Shown here one piece after another: positions 39,790 through 53,272 of a stretch of 64,000 nucleotides of DNA. Each line of letters opens with the position of its first letter. The stretch's first letter is position 1. Source of the DNA: Octopus sinensis (taxonomy: Eukaryota). A program made the translations under genes and the position numbers. The stretch spans positions 30,380,001-30,444,000 of the forward strand of contig NC_042999.1 of assembly GCF_006345805.1 (NCBI RefSeq). The letters are read 5' to 3'. Below the pieces are notes generated by a model. The model searched no databases and had not been told where the DNA came from. It worked only from the letters and a program-made list of their open reading frames with translations.

Positions 39790-40180
39790 CTTGTCGCAGT
39801 TGTTTGGCACTCCGTCGGTTACGACAACGAGGGCTCCAGTAGATCCAATCAACGGAGCAGCCTGCCCGTGAAATTAACGTGCAAGTGGCTGAGCATTCTA
39901 CGTACACATGTAGAGCATTCTACATACGCAGTTCTCAGAGAGATTCAGCGTGTCACAGAATGTGACAATGCTGTCCCTTTGAAATAGAGGTACAGCAGAA
40001 ACAAAAAGAAAGAGTTAGAGGAAGTTGTGGGGAAAGTGTACAGCGGGGTTCGCCAACACCCCCTGCCGGAACCTCGTGGAACTTTATGTTTTCGCTTAAT
40101 AAACATTCACGATGCCCGTTCTGGGAATCGAAACCGCGATACTACGACCGCGAGGCTGCTGCCCAAACTACTGGGCCATT
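39790..40180 (-). mobile_element. tRNA-derived SINE (second family), minus strand
   Basis: Reverse-complement head TGGCCCAGTAGTT..GGTTTCGATTCCC (A/B boxes). The 3' extent is approximate. Confidence 0.6.
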
Positions 40181-40270
40181 TCATCTCCACAATCCACGCA
40201 GTAATACATCGAAAGTATATGACGACGTCACTACACATTACATTCATTATTGTGAAAGCTGTACAGGTAC

Positions 40271-40476
40271 CGAGCTGGCAGGAACGTTTACACATCGGGC
40301 AAAGTGCATAGTGTCATTTCGTCCGCCATCACGTTCTGAGTCCATATTCCACCGAGGGCGACTTTGCTTTTCGTCCTTTCAGAGTTGACAAAACATGTAG
40401 CAGTTGAACACTGGGGTTGATGTAATCGACTTATCCCCTTCTCCAAATTTCGGGCCTTTTGCCCAAATGAAGCCAA
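40271..40476 (+). mobile_element. SINE-like repeat (third family)
   Basis: GAGCTGGCAG.AACGTT..ATTTCGTCC..ATTCC.CCGA..TTTGC.TTTC.TCCTTT; diverged homologues lie at ~45,555-45,690 (+) and probably ~45,290-45,400 (-). Confidence 0.6.
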
Positions 40477-41699
40477 AATTGTGCTAGCGATAGACTATTT
40501 ATAATGAACTTTCCACTTAAACTGCTTAATGCCCATAGATAGCACTGTTATGTATACCTTCGCAAACATTTAACCTATATGAAAAAGCTTAATGTTCATT
40601 TTATGTTTGTAATTAAATATTATCAGCGTAAGATATTAAAGTACAAGGTTTAATGAATTTCAACTATTATGTATTCTTAGATATTGGAACGTGTTTTAAT
40701 TGTATTATTGTTTTTAATTGATCTATTTATTGCCGTCTATGCAAAAACGATGTGGTATTTTTTCGGGAATGTATCACTTCCTATTTTCCACAAGGATCAT
40801 TTATTTTTTGTAGGTACTAAAAAAATAAATTAACCTCGGATGAAGCTACAATTAGTGCTCTAGCTTCATGACCATTGAAAGCATTTCAATCTATCTCTTG
40901 TAAGTTCTTGTGCGAAACACAATATTGTTTCTTTCATTGCAGTTACCTGATTAGTCAAACATTTCCCGCATGCCAGGAAATTCATGAATACAGCCCTCAT
41001 TACGTGTTTAGAATATCTTCACCACACTTACGTATAATTTGTTACGAATTAAGCACAGTAATCAATTTTGTTCTACATCATGTCTATGTATTCACTTATT
41101 AGATTCAAGGGGGACAGAAATTATAACCAAATATCCACTTATTTTATCGATTGCACTCGAAAATGACAGCCATTGCACTCACCTATAGTTACAGTGGGTT
41201 CTCGTAATAGGTTTTATCTCCCTCCTATCATATATTAAGTGAAGCAGTGAGACTTAATAACATTCGTCTCTGGTTTTCGAATATACTACCTTCCATCCGC
41301 CTAAGTTGTATGTGCGTTGATTTGTTTTTCTATGCGTATGTGTTTGTGTATGTGTCTTTACTTCTGTTTGTATGTGTATGTCTGTGTGTATTTGTTTTTG
41401 TATGCGTATGTGTGTGTTTGTGTATGTGTGGGAGAATGGGGCTATAACACATGGTAAGGAAAGAAGCTAGAAATATTACTAGATTAGAAAGTACAGCATA
41501 TATATAAATACGTATGCTGTGCGTGCGTGCGTCGGTGTATGTGTGTATGTGTGTGTGTATGTGAATTTGTGCTCGTGTGTGTTAATTATATGACCGGTCA
41601 TAGAGTCCCAATGGTTTCTCATTTAAACAGCCCTTAGCTTCATACACAGCTCGTCGGAATATATATACATAGATCATATAATCTCTTTTCAAATTGAAA

Positions 41700-41900
41700 A
41701 TAGAAAAACTTTGCGGGGCGTAAATTTTGTCCTTCTGCTGAATCTATTGAACAAACGTCCGTGTCAGTGTGACTGCGTGAAGTGCTTGTCCACTAACTTA
41801 AAGAAAATCCTTTCCAAACAAGTTAGAAGAGAAGGGCTAATATTTCTCCACTATCGGCTATACCTAGGTTGTTGGGTAGCTGTTTGACTTCACTGTTAAT
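41700..41900 (-). mobile_element. Possible PLE RT-thumb remnant
   Basis: PFSSNLFGKDFL-KLVDKHF..H..LFNR resembles the PLE motif NPPFS..IG..FL.L.DKHF..H..FNR. Confidence 0.4.
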
Positions 41901-42656
41901 GTTTTTGTATGCATGGGGGGTGAGTGTGCCTATATTTCTGCGTTATATTTCTACATTAAAAACCTATCATGTGCATGTGCATCTATCCCTTATAGGAATT
42001 TTGTTTGGTTGGAGAAGATTAAAGGTCTGCGGGAGAGTTTTAGCAGACGTATATCAGTACAGAGTTTGCACAGAAAAGAACAAGAGGACCTACGTTATCT
42101 TAGCTTGGGTAAAATGTTTAGTAAGACTACTTAGAATGCTTTGAGATCTTTGATTCTGGTTGGACGTTTCCGGCGTTTTAGCTATCGAACACAAACCGCA
42201 TGATGATCTTTTATAAAACACTTTTTATCCGGGGTGCGTAATAGATCGACAGTAGTTCATATATCCGAAAACGCTCGAAACGTTTGAGATATTCAAATTA
42301 ATAGTAGAGAAAAAAGAAGACTCAACTTCTCTTGGACAGCGTTTGGTAATAACAAAAAAATTTCTTGGACGTTTCTTTTCATAACACATTGCGCAGTTCA
42401 TATCCGAGTGAAATTATACGCAAATGTTTACATTTAATTTAAGGGAGATAATTTTAACGTGTCTAATTTTGTCTATAATACATCATATTTGAGATCGGGA
42501 AAAAGTGGGCAAAAAGGGATTTCCACTGGCACAGATTCTGAATATTTCATATATTTTGGACATAAATTTTAGTATTATTTAGTGGTAGATTGTAGATCTC
42601 GCTAAAGGTATCTCTGCATTTGTATTTGGAGCTGACTGGATATTAGTGCCTCTTTG

Positions 42657-43330
42657 AATTGGGAGTTGACAAGTTCAAATATAACCAATTCGCTGTTTCT
42701 CCACCGCAAGCTGATATGTATAATGATGCATCATTTTACATGCACATTACCAAGTTCGCAGCAATGTGCAGACAAGTGTCAGGAACGATACGATGGAAAT
42801 TCAGGGCAACAGATCAAGAAGTCATATTGACTCTATGGAAGACCTTTGTCCTCAGCCGCCTAGACTATTGCTCTCAGTTGTGGCTACCACATAGTGTCAA
42901 GCTAACAACGGAGTTCAAAGCAACCCGGCGTCACTAGACTAAATAGATTGCTACAGTCCAACAGATGAACTACAGAGGGAGGCTGAAATATCTACGATTC
43001 TACTCCCTAGAGCGCAGACGTGTAATAATTTACATGTGGAAAATACTGAAAAAGCGAGTACCTAATTTTGGAATCAAGTGCTATATGAATGCTCGTACTC
43101 GATGTACCGTTCAATGCATCTAATATAAGAACCAGGAACTGCAATAACCTAGGGTTCAGAGGACGACAGATCATCAATGTTCTGCCAAAACAATTAGAAA
43201 ACTTACACGATATAGGTATGGAGGTCTTCTAACAGAAACTGGGCACTTTCCTATCAACAATACCAGACGAACCAATCGCTCTACATGAGGCAAAGTTTAG
43301 GACAGTAGAATTAAATTCTCTCATACACCT
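42657..43330 (+). mobile_element. CR1/L2-clade LINE 3' remnant
   Basis: LTLWKTFVLSRLDYCSQLWLP, MNYRGRLKYLRFYSLERRR, IIYMWKIL..VPNFGI and INVLPKQL, the typical CR1 RT C-terminus. Confidence 0.85.
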
Positions 43331-43644
43331 GATGGCCCATCGACTTTTTTGACGGCATGGCATCAGTTGGAAGAGAGGAACCACAGAAGGATTGTGGAGA
43401 AGGTACAAAAACGAGTGAACAAATCATGGTATAATCTGCATACACCAACAATATTATTTGAATACTAAATATCAAGAATACGTTTAGGGTTATTGGTACC
43501 CAATATTCCTATCGTGCTAAGTGAAAACACCCGCTCTTAGTAATTGAGACTTGGTTTATTTTATTTTATTCTATAGTACTTCCGAAGTGTAGATTCCAAG
43601 GTAGGTGAACAGAATATAAATAACAAGTAATATGTTTTGCTTTA

Positions 43645-43681
<37 letters not shown>

Positions 43682-45979
43682 CTCTCTCTCTCTTTCACTA
43701 TATATATATGTATGTATATCAACCCGACGAATGGGAGAGTAGTATATTTGTTTAATTCTGAAATAATTGCTATTCATTGCACGTATTTCAAACAACGTCT
43801 CAAGAACAATACATACTGCTGACCCGTTCCTAGAGCTGAATGACTAAGGCTGTCGTAGCAGTTTGTACTGGCAGTAGATACGGTGAATTTCCGCACTGGT
43901 GTCGTAAGACCGGTGCAACGAATCGATGAAACTCGATGGCATATACATTGGCTCATTGACTTCGATTTCATATTTCCGATGTTTGGCAATAACGCACATT
44001 TATGGGAAAGGCTTCGGTAGCAAACAGTTATTGAAAATATTCCCCAATTTCCTTCCCTACATTTTGAACCTTCCTATGATGAATCGTGTGCCAAGTTATA
44101 TGTGCCCTTAGTTTTCAAGTGAGCTGCAAGACTACAGTTTGGTCAAATACCATCGATCACTGAGTCATTTGTTCAAACATTTTATGTCTAGAGATCATTC
44201 CTCTACTTATTTCCTGAATATGCTAAGAGTTATTTTCAATCTAAGATTAACATATCCCGCGTCTGTGTCGAGAGACCTTTACTCACACTTTTAAGAGTCA
44301 GAGTGATGTACGTTGAATGGCTACGTTTTTTCTAAAGAATCCTACACACATCTCTGTAGATTCTCCCAGGCCGGTAAATTGGGAGGATAAGAAAAGGAAA
44401 GAGACTGGCAAACACATTCTGAAATATATTACGTCTTAAACTATCGGAGAGCCACGGCTAGAATTCTTGTGTGTTACGTTGTACTGAACCACATCAAAAT
44501 TTAGCATCAGCAACATCGACAATAAGATTATATATAAACCAGTTGACATATTTCTATTTACTACACATTGTGTATTTCAAGATAATTTGATTACATCTCC
44601 TGTAGCAGCCATTATGAATCTCTAAAGGTCGAAGATTCTTCCTAACATTTAGTTAGTAAAATAACTTTATTTAAAACAAGAAGAAGCAATAAATTTAATC
44701 GAAATTACTAGTAAGCCAACATTTTATAATGAAATATGGGAAATAGTACGGTATTTTAATGCAAAAATTAAAATATTTTTATAAGCAATCAATATGAGAA
44801 GAAATTATATATAGAGGTAATTCAATTTGAATAGAGGTGATAAAATTTTAATTATTACACTTTAATTAAATTTCTGATCCATGAAATTAATTAAAGAAAA
44901 TGGAAATTATTAAGCAATAAATATATAAATCTTAACTTTGATTTCAGAAAATTCTGATTTCTATAGTAATACGATATTTTATTTTAAATTAATTTACTTT
45001 GATTACTAAAAGTTAAAAATGAAATTAGTTTCATTAATTATTAATTTGTATTTTTCATATCTCATCATTATCGTCATCAACTTCTTCATCTTCATCATCA
45101 CTGATAATATTATCATTATCAGCACAAGTATTAACAAAAGCAGTAATATTATTATTTTTATTCAAATACTTATTAAATTGAATTATTGTGCTTTTTATTT
45201 GGTATATACTTCTTGTACCGATAACGATAAACAATGTCAGAAGTTAAACATATTGCCAATAATAATAATGATTTAGGTACAAGGCCGGCAGATTTGAAGG
45301 GAGGGTGTTACTTAGTTTATTTTATCGAAACCGAATGAGAAAAATGCAAAGCTGACTTGGTGAGATTTGAGCTCAGGATATAAAGCAAGTAATACTGCCA
45401 GTGTTATTTTGACACTAACTCTTCCACCAGTTTGTTGCAAAACAAAAAGGCTACATATTGGTGAGTGATGTAATCGATTAAATCCATCCCATTTCTGCCA
45501 CTCCCGAATTATTCCCTCAATCGATCATGTTAATATGATTATACTGTAAAGCAGCGAGCTAATACAAACGTTAGCACACCAGGAAAATGCTTAGGTGCAT
45601 TTCGTCCTTCTATATGTCTTGTGTTCATATTCCGCCGAAAGTCTATTTTGCCTTTCATCCTTTCTGGATCGATAAAATAATTAACAGCTAAGTACTGAGG
45701 GCGATTGTATCTCGCTCAGGCGTGCTCTTATCAGACCACAAGTCGTCTCGAACAAAATCCTTATGCTGTTATTTTCTTTCTTTCTAATATAGTCAGATTT
45801 TTCTGTACTTTGCCTAGTCTTTCACTAAGAATTATCAATTTACGATTTCCTGTCAAATAATTCCTTATATGTCCGAAAGTTCCAAAAATAACTAGTGACT
45901 TTTAAAGTTTGCTTACATTTTGTTCTAATATTTCAAATAATTCCATACCGTAAAATATACTCATATGAACATGCTACAA

Positions 45980-47900
45980 ATATTACACTACATTTCATCT
46001 TCCCATGAATGTTGTACATTCTTTCTACATAAGAAAGTTCCATAACAGCCGCAGTATGTTGTTTTCCATAAATATCTTTTCTGTACACAAAAAAAAAAAA
46101 TCGTCAAAACACTTCTTTTTTTCTGAGCGCCAAATTTCTTTAAACTTCTTAACATACATTTTGAGTATGTTTTGCGAACACTTTAAGTATTCCAATACAA
46201 TATGACGTATATTACTATCTATATTGTCACTCATTCTAAATCGAGACTGGCAGTCTAACCGACTCTCATTTTCTCGCTCAAATTTATTCAAAGTGGGTTT
46301 TTTCTATGCTACTAAAATCATAAGATAGTTTTTCTTTTTTCTAATTCGCCTATGCACTCTTAATCTAAACTCCTTTTTCTTGAAATTCATGATTTCCTTT
46401 CTTATTTTTAAAAAAATTTATTTTGTGTGTGGGAGCTTTGCTTTATGGGCCTTAATGACGCTAAGTAGTATAAACGGTATCAATCTGATAGACGATGAAC
46501 ACTTTTGTACACAGGAATCTGATCCTTTCTCTTCCTCTAGATAGCATTTAGCGTATCCTTGTACAACTCCTCCTACCTACACGCTCAATTTGAGTTCCTG
46601 TATAATTTCTACATTCAGTTTGAATATTAGAGATGTTTCTATGGAAATATTCATAGCTCAGGACCTCCATCGTGCCTTTATTTTTATTTTATCCCTTTCT
46701 GCTATTGTATAGTGAGTATATATTCTCACCTTTCAAGCAGACCAATTTTATTATATTTTTTTATGGACTTTCCTCCGCTTTTTCTCCATCAGAGCATATT
46801 TCCCGATTTTAAATGTTATCGGATGTCACTATTCACTATTATTATGGTTTCCACTGAGGAATCCAGCTGATTCCTAGCTATGACATTTTAAGTCATCCAT
46901 AAACAGGCGATAATTCATTTTTCTATTACTCCTTCCCAATGTGTTCCATGTAATCGACAAAAAGAGCAGTGCGTCTAAAACATGATCCTAAAGCTGCTGT
47001 CCCGTTGAAACATCACTATTCAGATATGTTACACCTTCCATTGCAGATATTGCTTAAAGTCCCTAATGTCACATTGCATTTTCTATCAGGCATCTAACAA
47101 TTCTCATTTCTCTTTTTCTTATTGTTTTTGATTATGAACGATTCTTTCTCCATAATCGATCCGCGCAATGTAGAATTGCATTGTTCCCTTTCTACAATCC
47201 CTCATGACTATCTTATCAAGCATTCATTTGTCGTACGTTGTTTTGTTCATTTTTCTGCAGAATTTCTTTTATTCAAGCTTTGAGAGCTTGTCATATAACC
47301 GTTGTTATTTGTCTACAGCCATTATTCCTAGTATAGACCTTTACGTAAAAATTGCTGACGTAAAAGTGGTCGGAAAAATTAGCTAGCGTTTCCTTTCAAT
47401 TTGTCATTTAATATCACGGAAATTCTTTTTCTAGTGAACCTTATTAACACGTGCCGTTTTTTCATACTCTCGTTTACATAGGATCACTATCGTTTCATGG
47501 TGACGTGTTATTTCTTTCAGGAAATAACCATGGATAAGATAAGTCCTAGTAACTTTCTAATTACCCTTTTTTTAATTATTTTCATTTCCTTGTAATTTTC
47601 TACTTTTTTTTTTGGCATTGAGCCTTACATTGTGCTTGGCATTTTTCCCAAATTTCTTCTTTCAGTATTAGGTCTTTTTGTTTTAATTCCTCCCATTTCT
47701 CTCAAGGTTATCAAACAGATGTGCGTGTGATGGAAAACATTGATTTTTCCTATATTGATTGATTATACTTTCGATGTTCCTGATTTTGGCAGAGTTTTTC
47801 GTTTACTCCCGGGTTAGCTCTTCGATCTTTATCGCAATCCGTATTTTTTGTGTTATACATTTATCTGAATTTACCTACACTTTTTGTCATTCAATAATTT
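45980..47900 (-). mobile_element. R4/Dong-clade non-LTR remnant (RT through CCHC/RLE start)
   Basis: Ordered motifs IHGYFLKEIT, AWIDY, FQRDS..LLFV, RLFMDDLK, GKYAL..KRRKV, CQS..NIRHIV.EY and ENNILRLLWNF; extensively disrupted. Confidence 0.75.
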
Positions 47901-48129
47901 ACCATTCTTCTACTGCTGCAGTATGTTTGCCTTTCCTAAAACCTCTTATATACATTGACATAAATGTTTTCAACTAAGGTGTCATTTCTCCTTCAACAAC
48001 ACTGAAACTGCATGATGAATGCGTTGGTGTCTGTAATGTATTCATGGATGTCTCGATTATACTTCCGTTGAACATGATTCAAACCAAGTGCTTCACGTAG
48101 GATGTACCTGAAAAAATGAGATCACCAAA

Positions 48130-48760
48130 TACTCAGTCAACTTTCGTCTCTTACATTAGATGCACTCTCATAGGATTATCAGACCAAGTTCACCTTGATC
48201 CACTTCAAGTATAGACTCTGTACGTTCGCGTTAGTGTGGAGAGAGCAACGCATTGCGATCGTCTGTCGAGTACAGCGATCTTGTTCGCGATCTCTATTTC
48301 GGCCCATTAAGAATGGTGACACTATAGTGAACTACAGCAACAGCGCATATATTGATGACACTCGTAAGGTACCTTATATCGCATCTTGACTTGAAGAGAA
48401 GTGTTTGTAGCTTGGAGTATACAATGACATTATATTTCATTTGTCTATCGAAATAATATCCATCTACGCGATCCGAACTCTGCATTATCTTTTCTCTCAT
48501 TGGCTCTATGTTTGTCAATTCCATGCACCGCTATCCCTTTCCCCTGTTTCAAAGTGAGGATCAATCAATTACTTTTTTTGTTTACATCGGTAGATCAAAT
48601 TCTTTTGCATGCACGTTGCGTATTTTGACAAGTAAAACGATCACGATTGGGAGGATTCTGGTTTTCCACTCCAATGATTTTACAGAGGTCTGTACCGGGT
48701 CCAGCAGCTTCGGTGTCTTGTACACACAGAGGAGTCTTCCCGTTCAAACCTTTATCTGGC
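48130..48760 (-). mobile_element. Second R4/Dong RT C-terminal fragment
   Basis: LLDPVQT, MREKI, SVINICAVAVVHYSVTILN (IN.WAV.V.RYS.GI..W), SLH.NANVQSLYL and GELGLIIL*ECI. Confidence 0.65.
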
Positions 48761-50817
48761 TAGGAATTAGGTTCCCTAATTGCAATGAATGAAAACGATA
48801 TACTAGAGGGTTTGTTTTCCGATTGTGTTTCATTAGCAACAATTGCTCCTAAACATAGCAATTACTTCTCCTCCGCTTGGAATTATTTTTACCCTATTTC
48901 ACCTCACCAGAGGTCATTCAACATACGTGCCACCTGATTACTCTGTATTCAGCATCTTTCTCAAATATCATCCCTAAGAACGATTTTCCAGCTAGCGTCC
49001 ATGAAAGCAATCGTTTCCCAATTCGCGTGCAATATATAACTGCCCTGCATCGATCGTGGACACTTTTTATTGATATTTTGCTTAATAACACAAATATTAT
49101 GCCTACACACATACAAAGAAGGAAATGCACAAAAAATGGGTGAACTCTTACCTATATTCCAAATGAATACTTGTAAATTTTACAAAAGGCTTTGTGTAAG
49201 AAACACGAAAAAAGGTGACCAGTTAACACGTAGTTTACACAAAATATTTATTCTTTAAGGAACTGTAGAAATCTGTAAATTTCTTTGAAATTCAACCTGA
49301 AATATTATGGAGGCTTTGTTGTGTAAACCTCTGTGGGTCTCTATTATTTCTTTCTTTGTACCTAGCTGCGTCATTCAAAGAATTATTAAAGTAATGCGGA
49401 AAAGGCAACGTGTGTCTATGTGTGTGTGCTCGTACACATTCAAATGTATTCACACACACATACATATGTATATATATATATATATATATAATGTATATAT
49501 TTATGAGTATGTAATTTCATAAATGAAAACTACATCTTTCAGAATTCTAGAGAAATATGAAACATAAGAAAATCCATATTCATACAGAACAATATATGAA
49601 CATTTTAAAAAACTATATAATCTTATGTTATATATAGAATATGTGAATGTGAAAATTTATATTCAAAATTGTTTCATATGAGCGTTAAATTTTAATTGAG
49701 TTTTTCATTTTCTGTTATTTCTATGAACCCACATGTAATACGCAAAGAAACACAGATACAAACGTACACATTAACACTCAATTATAATTTAATCTGGCTG
49801 CATTCTTTGTTCCAATACGTTTTGTTGCAGCTATAGGCAATGACTGTCAAATTAAATTATATGAAATATTTTGCAGAATAAGGAATTATAATTTTAGCAA
49901 GCTTTTTTTTAAATATATTTTTACACCATCTACCGATTTTATAGCTATTTCGCCAGTAATTGTTTTGACATTTTCTGTAAATCGAAATAATGAAAATTTG
50001 AATGGCAGCAATTTTATCTGTATATTTGTGTTTCCATAAAGAAAGATTTAAGCGTTGTCCTTTGTAAATAATTTTCAATGTTATTTACAGAAGAATGTAA
50101 CGATGACTGGCAAAATGAATAGAACACATAACGAAATTTTTGTTATGAAAAAAAGTAAAACTTTATTTGCATATAAACTTTACTACTATTCTGCAAATAT
50201 TCAATGTCAATCACCGTCATACATGCTTTGTATATCTGTGCTAGCTTGTGTCGCCGACGAAATCTGGGAAGACATCAAAATACCGTCTTAATACATGAAG
50301 TAGCTTTGGATAACGATTAAACAGGTCCTATGTGTCAATGGCAAGCTCGGAAAAGCAGAAGGGTATCAGATTACACTCTGAATAAAAATGTAAATGCAAT
50401 CGAAAACTTATAGTGTGTCTTTCAAAAAGAAAATTAGAAGTCAGACTTTTATATAGGTACCTCAGATCGCAGACACGTTAGGTATAATGAATGAGATAGG
50501 TAGTAGTTTTAGAAATTGCTGGCAAAATTATTAAACTTCTTGAGATAAATGAGGTGTATGATATTACAGAATCTTCGAAGACAAATGCTAATAAAGCATT
50601 GTAAATTTTCAGTTAACGTATGGTATATACGTTAAACACATTTGGGAAAATTCATACACGAGGAACTAGAGTGTCTTTCAAAAAGCTAGTCGATGGTACA
50701 GCATATTATCGATCCAAGTCTCTATAAGAATATGCTAGCTTATGATGTTTTAATCATTTCCTGAAATTAGCTTCCGCATAGGCGCAGACGTGACTGTGTG
50801 GTAAGTAGCTTGTTTAC

Positions 50818-52799
50818 TTCACTACTGAAGAGGTCGCGTTTTTATACGCTCTGAAGTCACGTCATTCGGCGGTGAAATGTTGAAAGATTGAAGCACGAAT
50901 ACAGGTAAGCCGTTTGTTTTTTGGGGAGCTTAGTGGAGTCCGTTGGTTCGTAATAAATAATTTTTGACGAGCAAGGGTCTCCATTGGGTTCCAGACATTG
51001 CGTGCCTGTGGTCCTGCGAAAAGACTCAATTTGCAGTGCGAATTCCCCCGGAATTTTTTTTAAAATTGTTTTCTTTTGACTGTGTTCGTGCCCTGGAATT
51101 ACCATTGGAGTTACCATTCAGGCAAGGAGTAAGAAGACAGCAAGAATTTAATTTTTCTACTGCGACAGAGAACTACGAATTGTGGATTACCTGAGCAGCT
51201 GAATAGTGTTGCCAGTTGAACTGTCTTCCTCCACTCTTTTTTCTCTCTTCTGTCTTTCTGTTCTTTGTATTTCTTCATTGACTTTGATTTGAACATTTTT
51301 GGACATTTTGCTTGTGGAAATTTTTATTTTTATTTGATTCTTGAATAAAGAATGGCGACAAAGAATACCACTTTGGAGTGGCGAATTGTGGCCCCCAAAG
51401 AATGGCTTTAAATTATACTGAGAGAACGGTGGTGTTAAGGACCTTCTCTAGGGTCATTGAAACTATCGCTGTGATTCTCTCAGTCTGAGATTGAGGAAGA
51501 GTTGGCAGAGTACCTTCCAACTTTTAGAGTTATCCGTAGGGGAGCAAAGTATGCAACTGTGTGTGTGCTTTATGATCCCTACGGAGGCACAAAGTTTGCG
51601 TGCCAATGGTGGAAGGGGAGAAGATTTTGTTTCTCCCAACATACAGTGGGCGAAAATTAACGAGAGTCTGGGTTTGTTGGCTGCCATCCGGAATTGAGCA
51701 CGAGTGGATAGAGGAGACTATCCGCCGGGGTCTGAGTGGCAGTAACACCAGGCTGTTAGATGTAAAGATTATGTCTGCTGTTGACTGTGTGGGGTCAAAA
51801 GCTGTTTTGACACTATGGACCCAGTCACCCGAAGATCTGGTATTAGTTGGCGGGTTCCAGGCACCCGGTGATCCTTGAGGGACGCTCCCTCCCCAAGTGT
51901 CACTTGTTCCTGGAAGCAGGCCACATAACGAGGAACTGCTCCAGGAAAAAAGGAAGTGTACTGGAGCTGTCAATAGACGATGACGATAACACCCTGTTCC
52001 TCCAACGGAGCCTCCTGATTCTCTAATGAAGAGAGAGGAAGAGAAATTCGAGGACGTAACACCCACGAGAAGAAAAAAGAAAGAAGTTGGGCAACAATGG
52101 TTACCAACCGATGGATTGTGAGGCGGTGGGAGGAAGGGATACCGGGTAAGTTGAAGGAACTTTTCGAGAAGAGAAAAAAGAAGAAAAAGAGAAAAAAGAA
52201 TGGGACACCGCTGGCAGTTGATGATCAGCTGCCAGCATGCCCCGACACTCTGTCGGTGGGAAGTGTGTCACAGATGGAGGAAGCAGTGGCCCCTCCCAGA
52301 ATAAGGAAAGATGAGTTTCTTGTATTCTTCCAGAAGGGAGGGGTGATAGAAAGCTTTCCCTGGACCGAAAACCCGATTTGGCCTTCGCAGGTGACTGCGA
52401 AGGTCATATCGGAGGTCAATATGTCCAGGATGTTGGGCTCCTTCACGAAGGACTTGTTTAGAGTGGATTTTAAGCGCCCCAACCGGGATCCGGAGCAGCA
52501 CTTATGGACAGCTCACAGCCTGGTTGAAGAAGAATAGGCTTAGCGCCGAAATATTTAAATATATTTTTATTTTCATATAATAGTTAATACTGCTGACATT
52601 TTGACAAATTGTAAGAGGTTCATTGCCTCGTGTTTTGTCAAAGTGCAATGTTACAGAGAAGCAGAGTTACGGCGGGCGCTTTCTGTCTTCTCCCATCCTT
52701 ATCATTCTCGTATCATTATCATTCAGGTCATTAATGACTTGTCCAGCCCGCAAAGCTACCTAATCTGTGTACTGTCTTTATGGCAAATTTGATGAAATA
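50818..52799 (+). mobile_element. ORF1-only Tx1/L1-like non-autonomous retroelement with 15-bp TSD
   Basis: Flanked by AAGTAGCTTG(T/C)TTAC (50,803-50,817 and 52,800-52,814). It has a ~530-bp 5' UTR, a disrupted ORF1 and a ~260-bp 3' UTR ending GAAATAA(A). No endonuclease or RT motifs are visible. Confidence 0.75.
51352..52537 (+). pseudogene. Disrupted gag-like ORF1 (RRM-like region + CCHC zinc knuckle)
   Basis: MATKNTTLEWRIV.., ERTVVLRTF, LFLPTYSGRKLTRVWVCWLPSGIEHEWI and VILEGRSLPK-CHLFLEAGHITRNC (C-x2-C-x4-H-x4-C with the second Cys changed to Phe, 51,898-51,939). Several frameshifts and stops. Confidence 0.75.
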
Positions 52800-53205
52800 A
52801 AGTAGCTTGCTTACCAACCACATTCTGTCCCACTGTGTGTCAGCTTGAGCAAGTGTCTTCTAGGATAGCCTCGGGCCGACCAAAGCCTTGTGAGTGAATT
52901 TGGTAGACTAAAGGCGGAGCTCCAGCATAGCCACAGAGAAATGGCTGAAACAAATAAGAGAATAAAATAATATATTTACATTTCTTTCAAATTAACAATG
53001 AATGGACTAAAACATTCCTTTATTATCAGTTTCAGTCTCCCACTGCCTACCCCTTCTATTTCATATTCTTTCTCATTCAAGTTCAATTTACCCTTTCACA
53101 TTCATCCCTCTTTCTCCCTACACTCCAATATACACTTCAGAATATATCTACGCAAACGCACGCATATGTAGACATGCGTATAAATTGGAATATATATGTG
53201 TACAA

Positions 53206-53272
<67 letters not shown>

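Larger units (their letters stand above)
50781..52966 (+). mobile_element. SINE (5295 family) split by a 1.98-kb insertion; halves at 50,781-50,817 and 52,800-52,966
   Basis: Head GGCGCAGACGTGACTGTGTGGTAAGTAGCTTGTTTAC resumes as AAGTAGCTTGCTTACCAACCAC..CCTCGGGCCGACCAAAGCCTTGTGAG at 52,800. Confidence 0.85.

Noticed and set aside
50825-50872. CTGAAGA plus a GCGT/ACGC hairpin at the 5' end of the ORF1-only element, as a possible ribozyme
   Set aside because: There is no GAAA after the stem and no stem I; I could not build a hammerhead or HDV fold by eye.
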